The position numbers were made by a program, and so were the translations under genes. Shown piece after piece: positions 1 through 10,906 of a DNA stretch of 64,000 nucleotides. This DNA comes from Ptychomitrium polyphyllum (taxonomy: Eukaryota). Each line of letters begins with the position of its first letter. Position 1 is the stretch's first letter. Below the pieces are notes generated by a model, which had not been told where the DNA came from, made no database searches, and worked only from the letters and a program-made list of their open reading frames with translations. The stretch lies in assembly GCA_973851085.1 (NCBI GenBank), contig OZ316775.1, forward strand, positions 22,444,001-22,508,000, in the 5' to 3' direction.

Positions 1-58
1 GATGATATTTTGGATGGTACTTGGATGATATTTTGGATGGTACTTGGATGATACTTGG
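1..58. repeat. 23-bp tandem repeat (GATGATATTTTGGATGGTACTTG), about 2.5 copies, may continue left of the window
   Basis: Two identical units at 1-23 and 24-46 plus a partial third. Confidence 0.8.
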
Positions 59-1069
59 GCATGGATTGTAGATGTGATTATTAAATCAAATCCAGTGTCT
101 TAATTTTTGTAATTCTAATTTGGACATAAAGTATTTATGAACGTTTCCAACTAAAAACCTCTTGCTAGAACCAAAAAAGTCTTGAAAATCGTATAATGAA
201 ATAAAATGGAAGAGTTTTGAAGGTAATTTTATAATAATCAATGTCATTACAACCATCATAATTTTGTATGAATCTTATGAATTCTACATTACTAAGGTAT
301 AATGAGACGGTTAACATAATTCTCAAAAGACATGCATACCATTAATTTGTCCAACAAAAAAGCCGGTTGATATCTTTGCCAAATTTACAATCATTGGAGC
401 CATTGATTTGTAGCTTATACCGCAATATTAATTCTTTATATAGTTATTTTCTTTTGTTTAAATTAATTAGAGATTTTTTAGATTTATTTTGGATTACTTT
501 ATATGAAACTAATATAAAAGATTTCACTAAATCTCAAAATTTTTGTGAATTTTGAATTGCCAAATTTATAGAAAAAAACTTTTAACCAATATAACAATGC
601 CTTTAAATTTTAAACATTACCATAGTTTGATTAATGACAATAACATTCAAAACTTAAAGCCTCATATTTATTGATTTGTAGAAGTTTTTTTAATACATTT
701 TATATGATATTGATAAGAAAAATGAAATAAGCATCATTAAATCAAGAATTAGGTAAATCAAACATCAAAATGGAAATTCAAAGAACGAAATGATAATAAT
801 AAGACTTATAATTAATTTTGTATATGAATGACATAATATTAATTTTTACTATAATTTCTATATTTTACTTAAAATTTGGATAATGTGAAGTCTTTTTGAA
901 CATTGGTTGTAATATTTTACATGTTAAATGTCCAAATTAATAATAAATTGACATTATTTCAACATTTTAACATTTTTATATGAGTAAAGTTTATACAAAA
1001 AAATTTCATATGCAATTTATACAATTTGAAGCCACTTCCATTGCTAAGACTATTTATAAGAATAGTAAT

Positions 1070-1215
1070 GGAAGCCTCTATAAGACTTTAATATAATATG
1101 GAGTTTACAAGAAGCATCTAGAATAGTTGGCATCCAATCAAAACCATCAAACTTATCCATCTAATGGCCCTCATTATAGCCTTAGAAGCCTCTAGAAGCA
1201 AGTCCCGTATAAAAA
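1070..1215 (+). promoter_or_regulatory. HSP90 promoter: heat-shock elements and TATA box
   Basis: nGAAnnTTCnnGAAn-like sites aGAAgcaTCtaGAAt (1110-1124) and aGAAgccTCtaGAAg (1184-1198), a partial copy at 1071, and TATAAAAA at 1208-1215, about 220 bp upstream of the ATG. Confidence 0.75.
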
Positions 1216-1430
1216 CCGCCACCTACTTTGTGCTTCTTATTGTCTTTTTGTTTGTTGCTTGCAAATCTCACCTACTTCGTGCTATTGCCTTCTTCTTAGA
1301 CTCAAACAATTGATCTCTTTTCTTATAGCGCTTCTTTACAAAATTAAATTTATTATTTTAAAGGAAATACCATTTATTTTTGGTTTTTTTTGTCAAGGTG
1401 GTTAGGTTAAGTTGTAACGTAGCATCTAAG

Positions 1431-4094
1431 ATGGCTGAAGTAGATCCTACAGCGGGTGTAGAAACATTTGCTTTCCAAGCTGAGATCAACCAACTATTGA
1501 GTTTGATCATCAACACTTTCTATAGCAACAAAGAGATCTTCTTGCGAGAGTTAATTAGTAATTCTTCTGATGTAAGTGATGTAGTTTTTTCATGATTTCT
1601 ATAGATTAAGTTACTATATATTATGAAGAAGGCGTTCAGTTCATGATAAAACATTGTGTTTGTTATATGATTATAGCATTAGGATTTTAGGGTTATAATG
1701 TTGCAATTTATTAGTGTTAATAATTAAGTTGTTGTTATGAAAGATTTCTTGTTGTATAGACAATGAAACATTGATGTTTGTTATGTATCAAGAAGGTTGA
1801 ACTTTTGAGGGCTATGATGTTGTAATTTGTTGCTACATGAGATTAAGTTGTTGTCATGAAGTGTAAGTGGTTGCATTAATGATGAAATATTGGTATTTGT
1901 TATGTATTTTTAAGTTTAGGTCTTAAGGGGGTATGATGTTGAAGTTCATGTTGCTGTGTCGTTGACGGTTTTGAGCCATTGGAACGATGGGAGTGTTTTC
2001 ACCGTTGGAGCTGTATGACGTTTGTTTTTTTTGGTTTTCTAATTCTTCTGTCAATGTTGTGGTACGGCATGCTAGGCCTTGGATAAGATCCGTTTTGAGT
2101 CGCTGACCGACAAGAGCAAGTTGGAGGCGCAGCCAGAGCTTTTCATCCATATCATTCCTGATAAGGGGAACAATGCCTTGAGCATCATTGACAGCGGTAT
2201 TGGAATGACCAAGGCTGACATGGTTAACAACTTGGGAACTATTGCCAGATCTGGCACCAAAGAGTTTATGGAAGCGATTACCGCCGGAGCCGATGTTAGC
2301 ATGATTGGACAGTTTGGTGTCGGATTTTACTCTGCATACCTTGTTGCTGAGAAGGTGATCGTGACATCCAAGCACAACGATGATGAGCAGTACATTTGGG
2401 AGTCCCAGGCCGGAGGGTCGTTCACAATTACTAGGGATACATCCGGTGAACCGCTTGGCCGTGGTACACACATAAAGTTGTTTTTGAAGGAAGACCAACT
2501 TGAATACTTTGAAGAGAAGAGGCTGAAGGACCTTGTGAAGAAGCACTCCGAGTTTATTAGCTACCCCATCTCTCTGTGGACTGAGAAGACGACCGAGAAG
2601 GAAGTCCCGGACGATGAGGAGGAAGAAAAGAAGGAAGGTGAGGAGAAGAAGGAAGAGGAGGAAGAAAAGAAGGAAGAGGAGGAAGGAAAGATCGACGACG
2701 TAGAGGAGGATGAGAAGAAGGACAAGGAAAAGAAGACGAAGAAGGTTAAGGAAATTTCACACGAATGGGCTCAGGTGAACAAGCAGAAGCCTATCTGGCT
2801 GCGCAAGCCCGAGGATGTGACCAAGGAAGAACACGCAGCATTCTACAAGAGTCTCAGCAACGACTGGGAGGATCATCTGGCCGTGAAGCATTTCTCTGTG
2901 GAAGGGCAGCTTGAATTTAAGTCAGTTCTCTTTGTTCCTAAGAGGGCTCCCTTTGATCTATTTGATTCAAGAAAGAAGGCCAACAACATCAAGTTGTACG
3001 TGAGGAGGGTGTTCATCATGGACAATTGTGAAGATTTGATTCCTGAGTACTTGGGCTTTGTGAAGGGTGTGGTTGATTCGGAGGACTTGCCCTTGAACAT
3101 TTCCCGTGAGACTTTACAGCAAAACAAGATTTTGAAGGTCATCAAGAAGAATTTGGTGAAGAAATGCATGGAAATGTTCTTCGAGATCGCCGAGAACAAG
3201 GAGGACTACCTCAAGTTCTACGAGGCTTTCTCGAAGAACTTGAAGTTGGGTATTCACGAAGATAGTCAGACCAGAAACAAGCTTGCTGATTTATTGAGGT
3301 ACCACTCAACGAAGAGTGGCGATGAGATGACCAGCCTGAAGGACTACGTGACCAGGATGAAGGAGAACCAGAAGGACATTTACTACATTACTGGAGAGAG
3401 CAAGAAGGCTGTGGAGAACTCACCGTTCCTGGAGAAGTTGAAGAGGAGGGGTTACGAAGTTATTTTCATGGTTGACGCCATTGATGAGTACGCCGTTGGC
3501 CAGCTGAAGGAGTACGATGGTAAGAAGTTGGTGTCTGCCACCAAGGAAGGCTTAGTGTTGGAGGAGACCGAGGATGAGAAGAAAAAAAAGGAAGAGAAGA
3601 AGGCCATGTTTGAGCCCCTGTGCAAGACAGTGAAGGAGATCTTGGGCGACCGAGTTGAGAAGGTCGTCGTCTCTGAGAGAATTGTGGACTCTCCTTGTGT
3701 GCTTGTTACTGGCGAGTACGGATGGACTGCCAACATGGAGAGAATCATGAAGGCTCAGGCATTGCGGGATAGCAGCATGGGTAGCTACATGTCTTCAAAA
3801 AAGACCATGGAAATCAACCCGGACAACCAGATCATGGAGGAGCTCAGAAAGAGAGCTGATGCGGACAAGAATGACAAGAGCGTGAAGGACTTGGTGTTGT
3901 TGCTATTTGAGACTGCATTGTTGACATCTGGGTTTAGTTTGGAGGAGCCAAACACCTTTGGCAACAGGATTCACCGTATGTTGAAACTGGGGTTGAGCAT
4001 CGAAGACGACACTGATGCCGATGCTGATGGTGACATGCCAGCGTTGGAGGCTGACGCCGAGGAAGAAGGAAGCAAGATGGAGGAAGTAGACTAA
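1431..4094 (+). CDS. HSP90: Cytosolic heat shock protein 90, 2 exons (1431-1571, 2076-4094)
   Basis: Exon 1 [37 protein letters not shown] ends at a GTAAGT donor. Exon 2 follows TAG and starts [10 protein letters not shown], with [10 protein letters not shown], the charged linker and C-terminal MEEVD. Confidence 0.98.
1640..1960. repeat. Degenerate ~118-bp tandem repeat (3 copies) in the HSP90 intron
   Basis: Motif ATGAAACATTG.TGTTTGTTATGTAT...GGG.TATGATGTTG..ATTT recurs near 1643, 1763 and 1882. Confidence 0.65.
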
Positions 4095-5296
4095 GTACTC
4101 ACTGTCCAGTACTATAATCTTATGTTTTTTTAAATAAATTTATTCGCCACAAGCTCCCACACGGTAGATTATTTTGAAGATGGTGCTAGGAATTGGAGGA
4201 ACAGGGTGATCTTTACCCTTGTTTTTTTTGTAGCCTAGCAAATAGGAGAGTTGACATGTAATTGAAACTTCATCTCATTTGTGTACCATCCTTTTTTCTT
4301 CGTGAGACAACAATAATTATGTTAAATCCACTTTTTGTTTCAAAATTGTTGACTTTCATGTTAGAAATTAAATTTGGTATATAATTATATAAAGTATCCA
4401 TATGTACTTTCCAAGTCAAGTCTCATCTTGTCGCTAACCATTTAAAAACTTAAATTCTTCAAACATGTACAAAGGGAGATTTTGACCCTCAACATCTTGT
4501 ACATTTCCACACCAAATAAAGCATATGACCACAAATCTTGTTAGGAAAAAATATAAGCTCAAATTATAACTCCACGTAGTTTGTATGCTATGAGTATTTG
4601 ACGGTTTATTTTACTTAATTTGTTTGACACTTCAAGTCTTGAATTTGATATTAAATTACAAATTGTGAAATTTGGAATCCAATGAATCATATCCAACTTC
4701 AAATCTTTAAAATTTTGCATACAATGAGTAAATTCTAAAGAAAGTATTGATTGTGGTTGTGTGATAATGAAAGCATTTGATGTTTGCATACAACTTCGAA
4801 TTGTTACATATCCAAAATATGGATTTAGTGAGATATCATGAGAATGGGCTCTAGTATTCCTATTTAAAGATACCTTGGAATACAGTAATATAATATGTAA
4901 TAATTTTGATCATTTCTCTCTACTTCTAAAGAGAAAAGAACACCAAGAATATGAGGGTCATTTCAAGAATTATTGGTGGTTGGTTTAGGAATCATGATTT
5001 GCTTGGCAAGCTCACAAATGTATTATGTTAGGTGCAACCAACATAAATTACTCACAAAGAGCAGGCATAAACAAATTCCACGATGACTCCTTGACACATT
5101 AATTCGATGCTATGCTCCAACTTAAGAAATTCTCACAAAGAAAACGATGTTGATTGCAAAGTCAAATAAAACCATAATCATACTTTCAATGCTTGCTAAG
5201 GGGTGTCTGTGAAGCCCTCTCTGCATCACCATGAGCACCAACTGTAGAAGTCTCCAACTTACTAATCAAACCCAGTGACAAAATAGATTCTGAATC

Positions 5297-5484
5297 TGTT
5301 GAATCATAGTGATATTAATAGTATAAGTTGACTGAACTCAAGTAACTTAGGAGAATATGCACACAAGGTGTGGATGCCCTGCCTACACAGGTCAGTGCTA
5401 CTTGGTTAAACTAGATCTTAGCAAACCTAACTAACACGATTAAACTCAGTTGAAGTAGATGAACGGTTTCATCATATTCCAACA
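5297..5484. mobile_element. Possible short LTR-like remnant
   Basis: Termini TGTTGAAT...ATTCCAACA are imperfect inverted ends typical of LTRs. No target-site duplication seen. Confidence 0.25.
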
Positions 5485-5949
5485 CCCTAAACCCTGAAAC
5501 GATTGCAAGAATCGAAGTGCAACCTGTACTGTTTTTTTCCGCAGTGTACAAGTTGTCTCGCTGCGAATTTATTTCCACTGAGGTTCTGAAGCTACAAGGT
5601 ATTCAACACATTCATACTGGTAAGAACTGAGCACTTACTCAAACTTCTGCGATTGTAACTTCAACAATCATCATCTAATCCATTCCTTGTTCTTTTCTGC
5701 AATTGAAAATTTTCCTCTTGGTAATATGGTTCTGGCAGTCGCACTTCAAAGGTCTTGATCAAGGTCTTCCCCCGGCTTGTAAGGTCTTTAGCTCAGAGGA
5801 AACAAAGTAAAGTACAGCTCGGAAATCTCGTGCGTGTCACAGAGCAGACCAATGCGAGGCCTCTATGTTTGGATCGTATAGATAGCAGGTCGAGTGATGG
5901 GGTACTGCTCCAGTTCTAGGGGTTAATCTTCAAGTCAGATACGAAGGTA

Positions 5950-7310
5950 TTATGATGTTCGAATCAGTCGGAAGACCTGAAATATATACATCTCGGTTCA
6001 AGTGTGAAGAACAGGTGACAGGTTATAGTGAAGCTATGCATAAGAGTTTCTAGACTTTGAAGGAGGCAAAGGGCTATTTCTATCTTGGTAGTTCTATTTC
6101 TATCTTGGTAATTCTATTTCTATCTTGGTAGTTCTATTTCTAGGTCATTACAAAATAATTTACCCCTCTTACATCAGGATTTTGTAAGGGTAGGATGCAT
6201 TTATAAGTTGAAGTTATGCAATAGTTCAGGGATGAATTCTTGTTAGGATTTTGAATATAGATCAGTAACTTGTTGATAGTTGTAGACGAGTTGAAAGTAT
6301 AAAACTTGAACCTGATTTTTTCTACCATATTTCTACCAAAGTGTAGTTGAATCTCAAAGTATTTGGTCTATGAGTGGTACACTGGGTTGCAGGAGATCTT
6401 AATAGTTTTTCGATTGTCACGATGAAGATCAGTTGGTCCTGGTTTTAGAAATCCTAATTTACCATAATAATTTCAAAGCCCTATGGCTTCCTTTCATGTA
6501 TCAACAGGAGCTTTGCATTCTGATTCGATGGAATAGAGCCCCACACATGTCTGTTTCTTGGAGCAGCACGTGAATACTGTTGATGGTGGACACGAAGTCT
6601 CCAGTCGACTTGCGCTTATCAAAATCGCAACCCCAAACCCTGCCCCCCAAAATTGGCGTCGCTAAATTCAGTAAGCCACAGAGCAATTAATCTTGCATAG
6701 AAGAGTCTAAAATGCAATGTGCTTTTGATGTAGCGAATAATCGACTTGATTTTCTTGAAGATGAGGCTGTTGCGTACATGTTATAAACCTGGACACAAGA
6801 TTATTTGTAAATGCAATACCCCATCAAGCATTTGCCAAAAATACAAAAGTGCCTACTGTTTGTTGGTATAGCTGGGGATCTACAGGGTAGATTTCATATC
6901 CCTGTGAAGCTTCAGAATCTGAGTACAGGAGTTTAGGAAGGAATATAATCCGACATTTCAAATCCTTTTACAATGCTGGTAGCGTAATCGGCTTAGTGGA
7001 GCTATAATCCGATTTTGTTGTTGAAAAAACTGGATGCCAAGATATTTCGAACACAGCCCAAACGAAATCATGTCAAACTTGGTGTGAAGTTCTTGTTCTA
7101 ACCAAGAGATTTCATTGGTGCAATACCCGGTTAAGAAAAAGAGCATCTATATAAAGAATAAGTATTTCAGTTTTACCTCTGTGTTGCATAAAGTAGAAGT
7201 TCCCGTTTGACGAAGATTTTTGCAGGTCTATCTTTAGAAACCATGCTCGAAGTGCGTGCTTTTAGTCCGTGGTGAGCATACAAATGAGATCTTCACTGCC
7301 AGGTTGCTTG
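5950..7310 (-). mobile_element. Degraded Ty1/copia retrotransposon: RT and RNase H remnants, polypurine tract, probable 3' LTR
   Basis: Minus-strand fragments with stops and frameshifts: HGLK/ALRAWFLKID, LTGYCTNEISWLEQELHTKFDMISFGLCSKYLGIQF, GCDFDKRKSTG, KEAIGL..LGF..PTDLHRDN..IKISCNPVYHS*TKYFEI..HF, QQVTDLYSK. PPT-like AGAGGGG at 6163-6169. The left boundary is a guess. Confidence 0.85.
6074..6142. repeat. 20-bp tandem repeat (CTATTTCTATCTTGGTAGTT), about 3.4 copies
   Basis: Near-perfect units seen directly. Lies in the presumed copia LTR. Confidence 0.9.
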
Positions 7311-7379
7311 TTCCCTGTTTTTCCTATAGATTTAAGTTCGCCTTCGGTTTAGAGTCTACCGTTGCTGTGTTTGTTGCGA

Positions 7380-8540
7380 AAGATGGTCCCGTTTAATTCA
7401 TTATGAAATATTTTGGAGTTGAGTTCGACATGTACAACGATTTTATCACTAAGGATCCAAGTAACAATCACACTGGTGTGAACATCGGCAATATGAAGTC
7501 GGCTTACACCCACAACCTGTGCGAGGATTGTGTAACCAGCTGCTCATTTCCTTGGGACTGGTCGGACTTACACAGCTTGGATTGACTACAATGGCTCAAC
7601 GAGGTCACTATAATTCTACTTTGCATACGGATCGTTGAGGGTGAGAAGTAAGAAACCAGCAGGTTCAGGTTTGATTAAAGCTCCCGAACTTGACCTGATG
7701 GATATTTTGAAGACTACACGCATATCGCTTTTTCTGGTATTGCTTTGCAGAATACTCTCAAAATCCTATCCTGGAAATTCGCGAGTAGTTACTCAGAAGC
7801 ACCAACTCCAATTCGAAGTCAGCTATTTTCAAAGAAAATTCTCGTAATCTGTGCACCTTTCGTTCCTGCTATACTGGCTGCCATTGGTTTGCTCGGACAT
7901 TGGAGGATCCTGCAACCTCACATTGACAAATCTGAGCCAGGGTTGGGGTTAGAGCATCTTACTGGGCTTCGAGGATTCTTGTTGAAGGAGCTGAAGAAGG
8001 CTACAAACGACTTTCATGAGGGTGCTCTACAGGGAAAGGACGGTATTGGATCTGTATACAAAGGTACTCTAATACCCTCGGGCATAGTGCTTCCTATGAA
8101 GAGACTCAAGCACGACTGTGAGCCCGTCCAGACAGAATTCCTGGCAGAAGTATCCAGCATAAGCCGAATCCATCACCGAAAGTTGGTGTACTTGCAAGGT
8201 TGGTGCCATGGGGACGGTCACTACTTTCTTTGCTTTTGACTACGTGAGCAACTGCAGCCTGGATGAATGACTATTTCGTTTATGCCAAACTTTCCCAAGT
8301 CACCGCAAGTACAAGCTGTGAGGATTGTGGTTCTCCATCCGTGCAGGCGTTGCGGCAGCAGTGGAGTATCTTGATCCTTGAAGTTCTCGTGGGAGGAGAC
8401 TGGTCAATCTCCGGGTTGATGATCCTAACGAAAAATTCCATATTAGTGCACTCTGTGTGGCGACTTCATGAAGATGGCCACATTTTGAATGCTGTGCACC
8501 CGGGACTCCAGGGTTGTATTCCTTCACACAACAAGTTAAT
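7380..8540 (+). pseudogene. L-type (legume) lectin receptor-like kinase pseudogene, 5'-truncated, frameshifted and internally deleted
   Basis: Lectin motifs FGVEFDMYND..DPSNNHTGVNI, TAWIDYNGS, ILSWKF; TM-like segment; kinase N-lobe FLLKELKKATNDF..GSVYKG..EFLAEVSSISRIHHRKLVYLQGWC, DYVSNCSLD; then jumps to LILEV..LVHSVWRLHEDG with no HRD/DFG. Pieces are in different frames. Confidence 0.88.
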
Positions 8541-10162
8541 TGCTCCAGCAGGTCGACAGCAGCATCTGATCAGATTATCTATTGAAATTAGCTATTGAAC
8601 TATTTGCTTGTTTGCAATATTTCCTTTCTTAAAATTTCTTGTAATGAGCTTCAAATGTAAAGTTTTCAACATTGAAAGTTGTTTGAGATTTTTGAACAAC
8701 AAACATTGAAGATTTTGTTTTACAAGGGTCAACTCTTCGAATAAAATAGTCATAGTTTTTGATAGAACATACTTCTAACTTGTGACATATAAAACATTAT
8801 AACAAAATTATTGTAAAAGTATCAATTGTTTAAGCATTAGTCAACTAACCTAAGATTCAAAGACAAAGGTGATGGATGAAAATAAGTAATCAGTGACAAT
8901 AAACAACCAATTTGAATCCATTCATCATCTAAAATATAAATATTAGCCACTACAGGTAATTTAAAATGTTCTTTTGTAAGTTCCATAATTTGACCAAATT
9001 CTTGTCTTAAAATGTATGTAATGCTTGCTTCTAAGTTGTTTAAAACAAGGAGAGTTCTAATCTTTGTCCAAAAAAGAAATAAATAAAGTCTTGGTCATTC
9101 CACAAGTAAGCCTAATATATGTCCATGATTCTTTTTCTTTTTTTTTCTTATTATTAAATTTATTTACTAAATTCTCTTTGAAGAGCAAAGTTTTGCAAAC
9201 TACACTCAAAAACTCATTTTAACCACAAAAAAAGAGAAAAAATACATTTTATCTTGTCTCTCACAAACCAAAAAAGGCGTGGTCAAGAAGCCTCAAATTC
9301 TAGACCTTCCAAAAACTAAGGGAGCTCTTCCAAGTTAACCCTCAATTGGCTCTAATGCCTAAAACTCCTCCAACCACTCCTCCAAACCAAACCAAACCAA
9401 GACCCAAGACCCAAGACCACTGTAGTGCTAGTATCAAAAAGTAGAAGAACCTAGCGCAGAACAGAACAGGAACACACTCTAGCAAGAAAGCAATACTTAA
9501 CGGAGACCTCTGTTATCAGTCGTATGGTTTCCACTTCGTGTACCCAGCGGCGGAAAAGGGAAAGTGCAAAAGGAGCGCCATGCCGCCGGCAAGGCAGGAA
9601 GGCTGGAACAAGAGGCAAAGTGCAGGGCAGAGAAGGGCAGCCAAAACGTGAAAAGTCAAAGTGCAGCGCACACCATCCACCACTGCAGCGCACCTGCGGG
9701 GCAGCGCCACCACGAAGCCAGGCCACGAGGGCACTGTGACCGAATGTTATCAGGCAGGCGACCGCAGGCGATACATCCCAACCTGGCCTCAGAGGCTGCG
9801 GAAGCATGTGGTGGCCACGGCGGATGGAGGCACTTGTGGAGATCGAACCGAATCTGAATCTCAGTGCGAGGATCGAATTGATCAGGTTCCGGAACTGAAC
9901 AGGACGCGTTGCAGCTCGAAATAGCACGTCCAGTGGTGCCGAAAATAGAAGCGCACACCCAAAAGTGCGGGTCACGGTGGTCTGATTTCGTCGCCTCGAC
10001 GGAGCCGCGGCCTGAAACTGCACAGATGGCGGCGTCGTTGAATCCAACGGTGGCCGGTCGGTGATGAATTGTTTGGCAAGGAGCCTGGAGGCAGAGTTTG
10101 GAACAGCTTGCACTGGTTTGCTATGCATGCCGGCCGGACTGTGCGCTTGGGAGTGATCTAGA

Positions 10163-10231
10163 TGAGAGAGAGAGACTCAGACACAGAGACACAGAGTTGA
10201 TGAGTTGAGTTGAGTTGAGTTGAGTTGAGTG
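10163..10231. repeat. (GA)n and (GAGTT)n microsatellites
   Basis: GAGAGAGAGAGA at about 10164-10175 and about 6 GAGTT units at 10202-10230. Confidence 0.8.
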
Positions 10232-10906
10232 GTGAGGTGTTGGTGGTGCATGGGGGATGGTTTGTGATGGGGCGGTGCAAGAAGAAGCGAAAGGAGGTCG
10301 ACGATTCGGGGGAGAAATTCGATGTTGTGGGGTGGGAATGAGGCGCACCTCGATCAATGAGAGACGAATTTGGCGATTCGGTCGCAGTCTGAGAAAGTAG
10401 GTAGATTCGGCGACGCAGGATGGCGAGTAGTGGGGTGGCGATGATGTTTGGGCGGGACCGGTTTCTAGTCGGAGTGCTGTTGATGTTCCTCCTCGGCTGG
10501 GAGTTCCGTACCTCGGAGGCACAGACTGGTGAGTTAGTAGTTTGAAAATTTTGGACATAAATTGCATGCAGAGTCTTATCCCCAAAATATGCAGCAATTT
10601 ACAGTAATTTGTGCTTATCCTGGTGAGTATAGGACCTGCACCACTTCCAACTTATAACTACATTGGGAGAGAGAAATGAGACCCTTGTATTTTGAAAACT
10701 TGGTACACAAAAGTATTCGTAGTTCCGGAAACCATTTCAACAGAAGCGAAAATCTGACGAACTTAGTCGTTCCCAAAGGGTTTCGGATTCTTCACTCATT
10801 TCACAACGGTTCCGGCTGTCGAATGAGTAATATAGCGGCGAAGCAACTGAGAGAGAGAAATGCTTCAAATTAGGGTTGGGACCCCTAAGGAGAGTAGGAA
10901 TTTTGC

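Noticed and set aside
1923..3748. Antisense ORFs overlapping HSP90
   Set aside because: Shadow frames of a codon-biased gene, with no independent motifs.
5540..5812. Two small AG/GT-bounded exon-like blocks on the + strand
   Set aside because: No start codon or recognisable protein and one contains a stop. Cannot be supported as a gene.
6074..6142. Direct repeats as a possible CRISPR array
   Set aside because: Head-to-tail repeats without spacers, in a eukaryotic retrotransposon context.
9601..9625. Minus-strand TGCACTTTGCCTCTTGTTCCAGCC, resembling miR408
   Set aside because: Needs a 2-nt insertion plus several mismatches, and no precursor hairpin was evident.
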